A stretch of 63,444 bases of DNA, the filler included, from Octopus bimaculoides (lineage: Eukaryota): assembly GCF_001194135.2 (NCBI RefSeq). It is 9 parts of 9 records of this genome, joined end to end, with 100 filler letters (N's around TTAATTAATTAA, not from the genome) between each part and the next. Parts side by side here need not be neighbours in the genome. Positions count along the whole stretch, not along the records: positions 1 to 12,012 come from NC_068999.1; positions 12,113 to 14,085 come from NC_069008.1; 7 more parts are not named here. One strand, given 5' to 3'. Shown here one piece after another: positions 1-12,244 of the stretch (its first letter is position 1; each line of letters begins with the position of its first letter). The notes beneath the pieces are model-generated. The model was not told the DNA's origin and ran no database searches. It worked only from the letters and a program-made list of their open reading frames with translations. Both the position numbers and the translations under genes were made by a program.

Positions 1-2155
1 GCACTTTCCATAGTTTCTGTCATTCAATACCTAGGTCCTGCCACTTTGCTATGTTTCTATACCTCTCATATTCATATTCCTCATCATTTGGGACTGTAAA
101 GTCAGTTATCTGGCACTTTCTATTCTCTTCAAGCCTTTATTACTCAGTCTGATTGTCCCACAACATCTTGTATTTCTTACTTTCTAGTTCATGGTTCTTA
201 CCATTTACCAATATTTTCAAATCCTAGCTTTCTACATAACATCCACTGGATTACTCTTTCTAGATTGTCATGTCTTTTCTTGTATTCTTTCTGTACCATC
301 ATGCTACATTCACTTACTATTTGAGCAACGAATTCCTCTTTTGATTTTCGTAAGCTACATTAGGAATCTACTTGGTTTTTGTCTATCTTGCCTTTTATCA
401 AATCAGTCCTTAATGCTTAATCTTGAGCAGCTACTAACAAACTTTCAGCTTTCCTTTCTGCAACCATAACCATGTCTCACTACTCATGTTTGCTGCAACA
501 ATATTTGAGAATCTACCATGCAACGCCTTTTCCTGCCAGTCAGATAATTTCTGTTCTGTTTTTCTGGTTTTTAACTTCGTTTGGGTTTTTGGTTACCCTA
601 TATCTTGCTGTGACTCTAGTAGCTTTTATTTAACTTTCTTCACTATTACCTACATAGGAGTCTCTTTTATACTCTAGCTAACTCAACGCGGCTTTCCATT
701 GATATTAACCCTCTTCTGTCTTCCTTTCTACGTAAGTATAATCTTGCTACTCCTGCCCTTGGGTGGAGTCCTCCATTCATATTGAATTCCTTCCTAGTTC
801 TTCTGTCTAGCTTTGCTAGTTCAGTTTTTGTCCAATCTACAAAAGCTGGTGAGTATCTAAGTAATGATACAACCAAAGTATTTATAGCCTTCACATAGCT
901 TTGACTTCATCAGCTTCCTCACTCTTCTGATGTACTCCTTCTCAATTTTCGTTTTCATTTCTGTAGTTAGTACTCCGTCATATTCTAATATTCCTAGATA
1001 CTTATAACTCTCTCCTTCTTTCAATGATCTTAATGTCTGGCCATCTGGTAATTGGATGCCTTCGTTGTTGACTACCTGTACCCTTCCCCCGACTAATATT
1101 ACACACTTATCTATGCCAAATACCATGCGTATATCTTTGCTGAAGCGTCTTACAATCTGAATTAAGGAATCTGTCTCTTTTTCAATCTTACCAAAAAGCT
1201 TCAGAACATCCATGTAGAGCAAATGGTTAATTTTTCCATTACTATTTCTGAACTGATACCCTACCTTTGCCTTCAGTAATACTAAACTGAGGGGTGCAAA
1301 GATAAGACAAATATAAAGGGGACAATGAGTCCCCCTGGAAAATTCCTCTTTTGATATTAACTTTCCCTAAGGATGTGCCACCTGAGTAGAGATCTACTTT
1401 CCATTTCTTCATGCTACAGCTAATTAATTCTCTTATGTTTTCTGCTGTACTGAATATACTCAAACATTCACTCATCCATGAGTGTGGGATCATGTCATAG
1501 GCTTTCCTATAATCTATTCATGTTATTGTTAGATTTTTCTTTCTAGCTTTTACTTCATTTATAAAGGCTTTGTCTATATGTAATAGATCATGCATTCCTC
1601 TAACCGTCTTCTTGTAACCTTTCTATTAATAAACCATAAAAGAATTTTTCATTTTTCAAAATGAGACAAAACTAACAGTAAGATAGAAAATAATGTTTAT
1701 TTTTGCTTACTTCCAATTTATTTATATTTGAAAATTTTCTCCTTTTTTTAATTCGAAAGTCTTTGAAAGATGCTCAAATTTAGTCTTGCGTAATACATCT
1801 GGTTCTATACTTAGTAGAGATAAGGCATCCCAAATATTATTTTAGCAAGTTTAAAATGATTTCTTTTGTGTCGTAAACCATTTACTATTTCTGTGATGCC
1901 TTAAGCACGTGCATATTTTACTTAATGGTTAATCCAGTGCTACTCTTATCTTTAACAATGAGTATTGTCCTCCCTCTAGTCATCCAATCTGGTATTATTC
2001 CTCCATTAAGGAAATCCTGAAGTTGTTCCGTCAGCCTCCCATGTAAACTACTAAATTTCTTTATCCAGTACCCTTGAACTAAATCTGGTCCTGGTTCTAA
2101 CACTTTACTTATTACTTCACTAGTTAGTCTTAGATCTGGCTGCTTCTCACTCACT
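1..2155 (-). mobile_element. Degenerate R4/Dong-clade non-LTR retrotransposon ORF (RT, CCHC-like knuckle, REL endonuclease)
   Basis: Minus-strand pieces: PGPDLVQGYWIKK..GRTILIVKD (1918-2154), GIFQGDSLSPL (1242-1493), LYMDVLKLF..YKYLGILE (857-1222), LDRRTRK..LHPR..RLYLRRKEDRRGL (667-894), WQEKALHGRF, SEC..EYKKRHD and DLGIE.QKLWKV near base 1. Many stops and frameshifts. Confidence 0.9.
1625..1918 (-). mobile_element. hAT transposase C-terminal (dimerisation-region) remnant embedded in the R4 RT
   Basis: 1832->1722 reads WDALSLLSIEPDVLRKTKFEHLSKTFELKK, resembling the hAT terminus (LSLLSIE..L.K..F..I..FA..K). AT-rich block interrupting the RT. Confidence 0.55.
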
Positions 2156-2171
2156 GCTTACTCCTTCACTG

Positions 2172-2356
<185 letters not shown>

Positions 2357-2359
2357 TGA

Positions 2360-2580
2360 AGGTGGCGGCGAGCTGGCAGAACCGTTAGCACGTCGGGAAA
2401 AGTGCTCAGTGGCATTTCATCCGTCGTTACGTTCTGAGTTCAAATTTCACCGAGCTCGACTTCGCCTTTCATCTTTTCGGGGTCGATAAAATAAGTACCA
2501 GTTACGCACTGGGATCGATGTAATCGACTAACCCCCTCCTTCAAATCTTCAGGCATTGTGCCTATAGTACAAAGGAATTA
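2360..2580 (+). mobile_element. tRNA-derived SINE, family A (near full length)
   Basis: Head GGCGGCGAGCTGGCAGAA (A-box-like), GAGTTCAAATT (B-box-like), core GCCTTTCATCYTTTCGGGGTCGATAAAATAAGTACCAG; more than 10 related copies in window. Confidence 0.88.
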
Positions 2581-3720
2581 ATGTTATTGTTTATCGCCAA
2601 GACTAGAAGTGTCGCGAACGCTCTTGAGTTTTTGACTTGTTTTCATTGTTATAAGTCTACTTGTGTTTCCTTTTTTGTTGTATAGTCTGCCGTGTTTTGT
2701 GCAGATCATAAGGGTCTGAGCAAAAGTTATTGCTATCTGCTCGAGGTTGTGAAATTTCGAAAAGAAAATATTGATTAAAATTTGATATGGCGTCGTCTTC
2801 ATTGCCAAACCGAGAAGTGAGGAAGGTGGGGAGTGGTTTTGAAGGCGAAATTGTTATTCGTCGTCACGCTACTCTTCGGTTGATCTATGAAGCATGGGAA
2901 GAGGTAGTAGTAGCAAAATCATCATCATCATCATCATCATAAGAAGCAGCAGCAACAACAACAACAATAAAAATATAAAAGAAAAAGAAATCAACAACAC
3001 CACTGCCATCACCAACGCCATCAAAGCAACGACAACAACAAGCAAAAAAAAAATAGGGAAAAGAAAGAAAATTCCTCACATATAACACGTGCAAAATCAA
3101 CCATCACCGCCACCACTACCACCAACACAGTCGTTGAAAATGACAAAAACCACAAATCGAGTGTCAACGGTTTCACCGTTGCACAAGAAAATCTAAAACA
3201 CATGAAAAGGTAATGCTGTCTTATGGACGATATAAAAACGCAAGAAAAATGTTTAAAAGAAATGGAAGAAGCCATTGTGGAGGACGCACCACAAAAACAA
3301 TAATATACAAAACAATAGGAATAAAATGTAAATTAGAGCGGGCAACAAATTGAAAAGTATCTAAGACTAGCGTGGGACACGGAAACATACGTGGCAAAGG
3401 GGAAGCGGTGTGGCACTGTAGAGTGAGTCTTGCCACAGTGTCGGAGAAGAAAGTGGTAAGGAAACACTCCGCTTTGACATTAAAAGATTAAGAGCTGTTC
3501 CTGGCACCTATATACCTGGGCCGTCGAGTAGCAAAAATTGAAATTAGAGACATACCGGGATAGTTTGTCCCACGAGCGTTACTTTCATACGCTAGACGTT
3601 TTCCATGACCCCTTCGCAAATATTTACGACATCTAGCAACAGAACGGAAAAATTATAAGTTCTGCGAGCAGCGAATGCTGTTGAGAAAGGAATCGAACAA
3701 AGGAGATGGTTTATTATTAT

Positions 3721-4082
3721 TCAGTAGTCATTTTTATCACGTGCTTTCACTGCTCTACCGAGCGCAGCTCTCTATGCTTTAGGCATGTGCTGTGGTTTGT
3801 TGTGATGCTCTTATTGTTACTGTATAGAAAGTGTTTTACGTAGGATGTGTGCGGTGCTTAGTAGTGCAATTTTCTGTATGTTATATATACTTGTTAGTCC
3901 TGGTGTTTTGTTATGTGTTTGTCTGAATATTTTTAATTATACCTAATGCGCCGACTACGATATGAATTGTTTCTGTTTTTAGACTCCACACTCGAGATAC
4001 TTCTATTTCCAGGTCTTTGTATTTTGGAAGTTACTCCATTTCTTTTAGAGAAACGTTGTCGTCTGTTGGTATTAATACATCG
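3721..4082 (-). mobile_element. 5'-truncated R4/Dong-like element: REL C-terminus + 3'UTR, flanked by (TAA)n
   Basis: Minus translation DVLIPTDDNVSLKEME*LPKYKDLEIEVSRVWSLKTETIHIVVGALG..IQKIALLSTAHILRKTLSIQ*; stop at 3817-3819; TTA repeats on both flanks. Confidence 0.88.
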
Positions 4083-4092
4083 ATTAGAAATA

Positions 4093-4143
<51 letters not shown>

Positions 4144-4159
4144 CATTATTGTTATTATT

Positions 4160-4291
4160 GCCTTTGCACAGCTTCTAACGCTGGAGATGTACTACAGTGT
4201 CAGCTGTTCACGACCAGTGAACTAAGGTAACACCTCTTATTTTTCGAGCACCTTCCGAAGTATCCGAGCGGTTCCAAGAAATCATACTACC
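4160..4291 (-). mobile_element. 3' end of a second R4/Dong-like family with (TAA)n tail
   Basis: Minus: LGTARILRKVLE, then short 3'UTR running into TAA repeats (4094-4159). Confidence 0.75.
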
Positions 4292-4508
4292 TAATGAAGA
4301 AGAAGAAGAAAAAGAAGAAGAAGAAGCTATAAAACAAATAAATCCAAACAAAAACTAGAACAGCAATGGGCCATGATAAAACAATGGCAAGAAAAGCCCC
4401 TTCATGGCAAATCTGGGCTAAACTAAATGCAAAAGAAATAGACAGAGAAAAATCCCAGCACATTTTTCTAATCCAAATTTCATATCTACTTCGTTGGTAA
4501 ATCCATTA

Positions 4509-4573
<65 letters not shown>

Positions 4574-4677
4574 GTTCAATAGTTTTATTTTTATAACGTG
4601 CTTTCACTTCACTACCGAGTGCAGCTCTGTGCGCCTTGGGTATGTGCTGTGGTTTGCTGTGATGCTCTTATGGTTAC
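4574..4677 (-). mobile_element. 3'UTR-only copy of the 3721-4082 R4/Dong family
   Basis: Aligns to 3721-3820 (ACGTGCTTTCAC..CTACCGAG.GCAGCTCT..ATGTGCTGTGGTTTG.TGTGATGCTCTTAT); TAT repeats on both sides. Confidence 0.85.
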
Positions 4678-4691
4678 TTATTATTATTATT

Positions 4692-5150
4692 AGGGCAGTG
4701 AGCTGGTTGAATCGTTAGCACGTCGGTCAAAATACTTAGCAGTATTTCTTCAGACTCTTTACGTCCTCAGTTGAAATTTCGCCGACGTAAACATTGCTTT
4801 TCATCCTTTCAGAATCAATAAAATAAGCACTTGTTGAGCATAGGGTCGATGTAATCGACTAATCCCTTCTCCCTAAAATTACTGACCATGTGTCAAAATT
4901 AGAAACTGTTGTCACTATTCTGGCGTCCATCAGGCGAAATCGTTAACACGCCGGAAAAATGCTTAGCGGCCTTTTTTGCAGCTTTACGCCGGTGAGCTTC
5001 GAAAAAATAACTTATGGTATTTCTTCTGGCTCTTTACATTTTAAGTTCAAATCCCGCGAAATCAGCTTTATCTTTCCTTTTTTTCAGATCAATAAAATAA
5101 TGTACCATCAAGTCGATAGCTCACCCCTAAAAATTACTGGCCTTGGAACC
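4692..5150 (+). mobile_element. Two tandem diverged family A SINE copies (4692-4906, 4921-5150)
   Basis: GTGAGCTGGTTGAATCGTTAGCACG.. and GAAATCGTTAACACGCCGG..; core and tail motifs recognisable. Confidence 0.8.
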
Positions 5151-6494
5151 ATTGTTGTTGATGTTGTTTCTTGGCTTGGCAAGGGGACTTCATTTGTGAC
5201 CCACTCAATTCAATACATTTTCCGAGTTTTACAAAAAAGGAAATATCATTCATGTCTTATTGCGAAAATTATTCCTCAAGAACATGAAGGCTTTCCGTTA
5301 TCCCTTTTCTGCCATATTTATGGGGAAAAAAGCTATTTTGAAAACTATCTTCTTCGCTAGCTGATATTCAATACAAAGTGTTAACCAGCCACATGCACTC
5401 AACGAATAAAATCATTTACACAGACGACAGGCAAAACTGGAAAATATTTTGAAATATGATAATGAAATTACTAACATTTAAAAAAAATAATATTGAAATT
5501 GACACAAATGACAGTTTAGTTGTGAAAATCTGGGCAACAATATCAATGGCAACAATTGTTTACATACACGTTAACTAACAGGGAGTTGTGGGCGTGAGCT
5601 GGTCCCCGTTAGAGACACAAGTTTGACGGGATTTATTGCAAGAAACTCATATGTACCTTTATGCTCATGAGTGGACACACAACAGGAATTACCTTGAGGT
5701 TTTGTGGAGTATTGAGAATTTGCAGTAACGTTCCTTAGCCTGTTTACGTTTTGAGACCTGTCTTAATTTCAAAATATAATGTTGACAGCGATACTATTAT
5801 TGCCACTGTCACGTTTTTATGGTTGGCAGCAAAGAGGTAGTGTGGGGGTACGTAACAAATCAATTAATTTTTGTTGGATTTAAACTTGTTTAGCTGTTAA
5901 TTCTACGTTATTTTCATGTAGTAAACTCCAATGATACTCAACGTCAATTGTGGGACCCAAATTTTTTCTTTTATTTCAATGTGATACAGAATTGTGAAAA
6001 TATTAATTTAACAACAAAAACACAGTACCTATACGTTTACCCAACCAACGGTGAGGCATACATTTTTCTGGAACTTTATAGTTGGGCCTGGGGGAAAATA
6101 GGTGGGAAAACATTGGATATCTAGAAAATAATTTCGGGGTGTCTTTGTTTACGTTATTGGGGCCACTTTTCCCATTCCCTTGCCTACTTCCAATGTATAA
6201 GAATAATGGAAATCACTATTCGTTAAAAGCATCCACAGAGTTAAAATGTTTGAAGGCAAACTATTGTTTAGGCTCTCAAACAATCTGATAGCTTCGGTAT
6301 GTAAAACTCAAATAAAAAGCATTTTTTTTTCACGAAATAATCCGGTTAAAATTATTTTTCTTTATAAGGTAATCTGATTAAAACTAACTTTTACAAATGG
6401 TAATCCGTTTAGAAATTACTTTTCCAACTCGCTTTTAACTTTTTACATGTTAGCATACAATATATTTACATAAATTACATAAATAATGAGAGGT

Positions 6495-6735
6495 ATAATC
6501 GATTATTTTGACCCAAGTGATTAGTGGTATTTTATTTTCTCGTCCACGGAAGGTTGAAAGACAAAGTTGACCTCGATGATATTTCAACTTAGAATAGATA
6601 CTGCAAGGCAACGGTAGGGATTCTGCTATTCCACAGAAAAATGAAAGGCAAAGTGGACATCAGGAGGTAAAGGCAAGTAACTCAATAATGCAATATTTGT
6701 CCGGTACTCTACCAATTCTGCTAATCACTGCCTCT
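6495..6735 (-). mobile_element. Degenerate family A SINE
   Basis: GAAAGACAAAGTTGACCTCG and ATGAAAGGCAAAGTGGAC are reverse complements of the family A core. Confidence 0.6.
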
Positions 6736-7700
6736 ATATAGTATAGAATATACGAAATATTGCAGTAAAACATTTATTACAATAATTATATGATTACGTT
6801 AGGAAATATAAGCAAATGGCCAAATTCATATAGTTGTATCAGTAATAAAAGGCAGCATTTTGCTGCGACACAGACCAAATAGAAAATCAATTCGTTGAGT
6901 AGGTTTGAATTATTTGTAACGGATATCAAATCAGCTTATATTTGGATGTTCGATGAGCGATCATGGAACAATGTTATTTATGTATTTCAAAAACTGTCTA
7001 AATTCTGAGTTTGGATCTTGCTGAGGTCGACTGGTCTTTATTGTTCAAGTACAAAGAAAAGCAGTATCAGTAATATCCTGAGATCGTTTCGATCGGCTAT
7101 ACCATATTGTTTTCAAAATATTGGTACTTTTACATTTTACGAGAAAGCTTATGTGTGTGTGTTTGTGTGTGTAGGTGTGTAGGTGTGTGCGTGTGTATCT
7201 GTGGGTGTGTGTATGTGCATGTGTGTGAAGTGTGTACGTGTGTATGTTTGCAGGCGTGCATCATGTGCACGCAAAAGTTACCGCATGTTTCGTGCTAGAA
7301 TATGTTCATATAGGATACTTGTCTCTATGCTTTCATTTGAAAAGATATAGATTTTTCTATCAAGTCAGCTTAATTGTAATGAGTTATTCAGTTTTAATCT
7401 CTTAGTTTCAGTTCTAGCCATACCGTCAATTCAGGCATAGTGGTAATGATGACCAAATCGATAATGTATTTAGTTATGTCTCTTTAGGTCCTGAATTCAT
7501 TTTGTGATATCGATTAAATGAGTACAGGTCAAGTGTTGAATGGATTTGTGAACTTTACACACCCCGTGTGTGACTAAAGCAAAAAATAAAATAACACATC
7601 AGTAATTTTGTTAATAGACAGAATATGTGTATCAATATTTTGGCATAAGTGCACATTTAATTGTCTGTGTGAGCACCACTGTGTAGACGTATCGGTATGC

Positions 7701-8087
7701 TTTTATTCTTTTACTTGTTTCAGTCATTTGACTGCGGCCATGCTGGAGCACCGCCTTTAGTCGAACGAATCGACCCCAGGACTTATTCTTTGTAAGCCTA
7801 ATACTTATTTCACCGGTTTCTTTTGCCGAACCGTTAAGTTACAGGGATGTAAACACACCAAATTCGGTTGAGGGATAAGCACAGAAACACAGACACAAAT
7901 ACTTCATACATATATGTATGTATATACGACGGGCTTCTTTCAGTTTCCGTCTGCCAAATCCATTCACAAGGCTTTGGTAGGCCCGAGGTTATAGTAGAAG
8001 ACACTTACCCAAAGTGCCACGCAGCAGGACTGAACCCGGAACCATGTGGCTGGGAAGCAAGCTTTTTAACAGACAGCCACTCCTGCG
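7701..8087 (-). mobile_element. tRNA-derived SINE, family B (full length, internal microsatellite)
   Basis: Reverse complement of GGAGTGGCTG..GGTTCAGTCC.. head and GGTGCTCCAGCATGGCCGCAGTCAAATGACTGAAACAAGTAAAAG tail; matches 43978-44396. Confidence 0.92.
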
Positions 8088-8410
8088 ACTATCCATATTT
8101 TGTTCATATATATGTGTGTGTGTGTGAGTATACACTCCTATAAGTCCGTACGATTCACCAATGTAATAACTGTAAAAACTTCGACATCCTATAACCCCCT
8201 TTTTTTTGCCTAACTACTTTCTCTATCCCTTATTTTTATATCTTAACTCTTTCTTTTCTGCAGATTCTTCAAAACTATATAAACTATGCTACCATAAACA
8301 TCTTCTAAATGATTGTATCTGTCTATCTCTGTTTGCCTGTTTCTGTCTCTGTCTGTCTGTCTATATCTGACGAAGGACTTACCTAAAAAGTTATCGGATT
8401 CTTCAGTTTT

Positions 8411-9529
8411 CACGGTGGTATTCAAGAGTTCCAGGACTTGTTATGTTTAATAAAAAAATCATTATTTACCTAAGTTTTAACATCAGCTCCTTCGAAATAG
8501 TCACCTTGCACAGCAATACATCGGTCCCAGGGCTCCTGCCACTTTTGGAATCCGATCTGGAAGTCGTTTTCTGTAATCGATTCGCTCTGGATCTCGATAA
8601 CGGTGTTAAAACGGTGACTTTTGAGCTGCCTTTTCCTCTTGAGGAAGAGATGGAAGTCTGCAGGTGCTAAATCTGGTGAATAGGATGGGTGCAGAAGTGA
8701 TATCATGTTGTTTGTGGCGAGAAACTCACGAGTGAGGAGAGCTCGGTGACAGGGTGCATTGTTGTGAAGAATCCAATTCTTCGCGCTCCACAGGTCCAGT
8801 CACTTTTGCCGAATGTCCTCCCTCAAAGGTTTCAAAACATTGCAGTAGAACTCTCAATTGATGGCCTGGCTCTGGGGGACAGATTCTCGATGCACAATAG
8901 GGTGTTGGTCGTAAGATTATAGTTTCGATTCCTGGACAGGGCGACATTTCTTAAGCAAAACATTTCATTTCACGTTGCTCCAGTCCACTCAGCTTTCAAA
9001 AATTAGTAATCCTGCAACGGACGAGCATTCTGTTCAAGTGGGGAGTTTTCACACCATGGAAACCAGGAAACCGGTACTTATAAGTCGGTACGACTCAAGA
9101 AGGTAACTTTACCTATTTTACATTACCGGGGATGACGCTCGTGGCATGTCTTCCAGATCGCTCATTGTCTTCCAGGGACGTTCGTTCTTCCTCTTTTGAA
9201 GCACTTGTGCCACTTGAAACATTGTGTACAACCCATTGCCTCGTCGCCGCAAGCTGTCCGAAGCTTGCTCAATAACTCTGGAGCAAACCTCCCAAGTTTA
9301 ACGCAAAATTTCACGTTGGCTTTTTGTTCCTATCCATGACAAAATAGCAGACTAAAGCATACACGTGATCACAAAAACACAAATTTCACTATTTGCGAAG
9401 TAAATACTGCGATGTCACTCGGAACACTGCCTCATGAATGTCATTGCTAGTTCTCACTGCGCACGCAATCGTGTGCTGCCGTCTGTTGGTGTGCTACAGA
9501 ATAGTCCGAAACGTTTTGATACCATCTCG
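8411..9529 (-). mobile_element. Mariner transposon, internally deleted, degenerate TIRs
   Basis: N-term EQKANVKFCVKLG..WHKCFKRG..ERSGR (9330->9120); C-term IVHRESVPQ..LHPSYSPDLAPADFHLF..WDRCIAVQGDYFEG (8897->8470); TIR-like ends 8411-8438 and 9502-9529 with TA at 9530-9531. Confidence 0.9.
8898..9115 (+). mobile_element. 5'-truncated tRNA-type SINE, family D
   Basis: GTTTCGATTCC B-box-like; TTTCACGTTGCTCCAGTCCACTCAGCT shared with family C; different 3' half (GGAAACCAGGAAACCGG..). Confidence 0.7.
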
Positions 9530-9849
9530 TATAGTTATCCAAACTTGCGAAGTATAATGGTAAAAATATACTTCAAAGTTATCGTATACATTAGACCTTA
9601 AGCATGCAAGTTTCAATCATGCTACGAATAAAGTTCAGAAAGACACGAATGTCACAACCTTCTTTTTATTGCAATCCCATATTGTGTCCACTCCTACTAC
9701 AGTCAGGTAGTAATCCTAATTTCTTTCTTTCTACTCAGCAAATCAACTCTTTGAAATTTTTGCTTTGCCCATGTTTTTCCTTCAGCTATGTTTTTCCTTC
9801 AGTAGGAGTGGACACAATATGAGATTGCAAAAAAGAAGGTTGTAACATT

Positions 9850-10890
9850 CATGTCGTTCTGAACTTCATTCGTAGTATGATTGAAAATTGGCGTGAAATT
9901 AGTGGATGATTTGTTTATCGAATAAATAGAAAATACGGCGAAGAAACGTTTCGGAAACTGAAAATAAAGTGTAAAACAAGAGAGTGTACTGCGTGCTGGA
10001 AGATGATAATTTATCAATATATGCATCATCATCCTTCTCAACCCTCGAAACCAAAAGTTTATGAAGCAAAAGCGAAATTAAAATCATCAGCTACTAATTC
10101 ACAAACTCCTACGTTATCGTTAATTGCAAATGGTTCATCAAATCTAAATAAGAACGTTTTATCCCTGATTCCACCTTTAACTAATTTGTTTCGCATTAGA
10201 AGCTGGAGGCAAAAGAAGAACCAAGAACCTCCTATCCTAACCAGAAGTGGGTTCAAAATTCGGGAAGAATATAAATTTCTTGAAACTGGTGAGCAATTTT
10301 TATTATACGATAGTGGTGAATATGATATTGAGATGGGCTTAGATGACCTTGAGAATAAACGGGGTTAGTTGACCTTGAGTATAATGAGAATTGGGCTTGC
10401 GACGGTGCTTTCAAATTCAGCCCAGATATTTTGCTTATATAATACTCTTTATAATTGTCCAAAGGGTGACATTGTTTTATATCGGATTTTTCTATAGCAA
10501 ATTTTCTCAGGGCAAGAATATTTACGGCGAATTTTCCGGACACAAATAATAGAAATAATTTCGTTGAAGCATGTTTCGTTCCATTTTTGTGCTCAAACTC
10601 ACCCTTAACTTTGAAAAGTAAGAAATTTATCTTGTGTCTCATGATTTCAATCATGATAAGAAAGCAAATTTTCAGCGATGAACCAACGATTTAGTGGATT
10701 GCTTACTATAATTTATTCATCACGTCTATGTGTAGCACTTCATAAATGCAATTATCCTTTAACAAGTGCCGCCATATTGTAGAATACGCTAATATCTGTT
10801 GTTAACAGAGAACATCGAAATGAACACGTAGCAAAGGTGTACAACTCTCACACTAATCCAAACCGAAGGATACCTCCACACCATTCTTTG
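9850..10890 (+). mobile_element. Degenerate MULE (Mutator-like) transposase with FLYWCH-like N-terminus
   Basis: FVYRINRKYGEETF..CKTRECTAC..HHHP; ORF 10003-10368 (SGFKIREEYKFLETGEQFLLYDSG); DLEYNENWACDGAFKFSPD resembles the first catalytic Asp motif (DGTFK..P). Confidence 0.8.
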
Positions 10891-11280
10891 GTTTGAAAAA
10901 AATATATATATACAAGTATGCTCTTGTGACTGAATATGTAACGAAGATGAAGTTTATGAATGTAATACGCTTTTGCATATATGTAAATAAATTAACATAA
11001 CAACATTACCCACATTATTGATTTAATTCTGGAATTTATTTTATCAATAATCATTCGATGAAAGATATAGAACAATGAAATAGCGAATCCATGCTCCAAA
11101 TCCTCATTGACTGCTCTAAACGTCATGAATATTAATGAATGAAATATATGGACATTGATAAAATGGAAATGCGCAAAAGAACAAAAAAGTATATGAAAAG
11201 TGATAACAAGTAAAAGGAAAGAAAATAATAGTTCCTGGTTCAGACAGAAAACCAGTAATTTTATGACGGAGAGGATTAGT

Positions 11281-11440
11281 TGATTGTATCGATTTCAGTA
11301 CCTGACTAGAACTCTATTTTACCAATTCCAGAGGAATAATGGGCAAAGTCAACCTTGGCGTGATGAGATTTCGGAATGTAAAGAGTTGGAACTAAGGCAT
11401 TTTATACAATGCTCTAAGGATTCTGCTGAATCCACGCACC
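11281..11440 (-). mobile_element. Highly degenerate family A SINE
   Basis: GGGCAAAGTCAACCTTGGCG..GGAATGTAAAGAG resembles reverse family A core. Confidence 0.5.
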
Positions 11441-11670
11441 TTCTAATAATAATAATGTTTCTAATTGAGGAACGATGCCAGTGATCTTGTAGGGAGGAAT
11501 GAGTTGATATCATCGACCTCAGTACTTGAACATTACTTTGGTGTATCAATCCTCAAAGGATTTGAAATTAGAACATAAAGAGCAAGAACACATTCCACAA
11601 GGCATTTTGTATGATACTCCATTGACTCTATCAATCCATCACCCATAGCAACAAGAACAACAATAATAAT

Positions 11671-11873
11671 CATTTCAAATTTTGACACAAGGCCAGCAAT
11701 TTTGGGGGAAGGGGAAGTTGATTACATCGATCCAAGTACTCAACTAGCACTTATTTTATCAACCCCGAAAGGATGAAAGGCAAAGTCGACCTCAGCAGCA
11801 AATGAACTCAGAACGTAAAGATGGACGAAATACCGCTAATCATTTTTCCGGCATGCTAACGATTCTGCAAGCT
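11671..11873 (-). mobile_element. Family A SINE, head abutting (TAA)n
   Basis: CCCCGAAAGGATGAAAGGCAAAGTCGACCTC..GAACTCAGAACGTAAAGA..GCTAACGATTCTGC. Confidence 0.88.
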
Positions 11874-11939
<66 letters not shown>

Positions 11940-11944
11940 GCATC

Positions 11945-12012
<68 letters not shown>

Positions 12013-12112
12013 NNNNNNNNNNNNNNNNNNNNNNNNNNNNNNNNNNNNNNNNNNNNTTAATTAATTAANNNNNNNNNNNNNNNNNNNNNNNNNNNNNNNN
12101 NNNNNNNNNNNN
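12013..12112. other. Artificial scaffold linker (44N-TTAATTAATTAA-44N); cores at 12057, 14130, 19491, 31082, 35775, 37766, 45061, 57407
   Basis: Identical palindromic 12-mer with stops in all six frames, centred in 100-nt N blocks, eight times. Confidence 0.95.
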
Positions 12113-12185
<73 letters not shown>

Positions 12186-12244
12186 ACTCAAGCATGCACA
12201 TGCGCAGACATGTGACATTTTGTATTATAATGTATGTATATTAC

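Noticed and set aside
5560-6080. Possible Tc1-like remnant (WGYV-like motif, TIR-like end at 6080)
   Set aside because: Catalytic motifs and a partner TIR were not found
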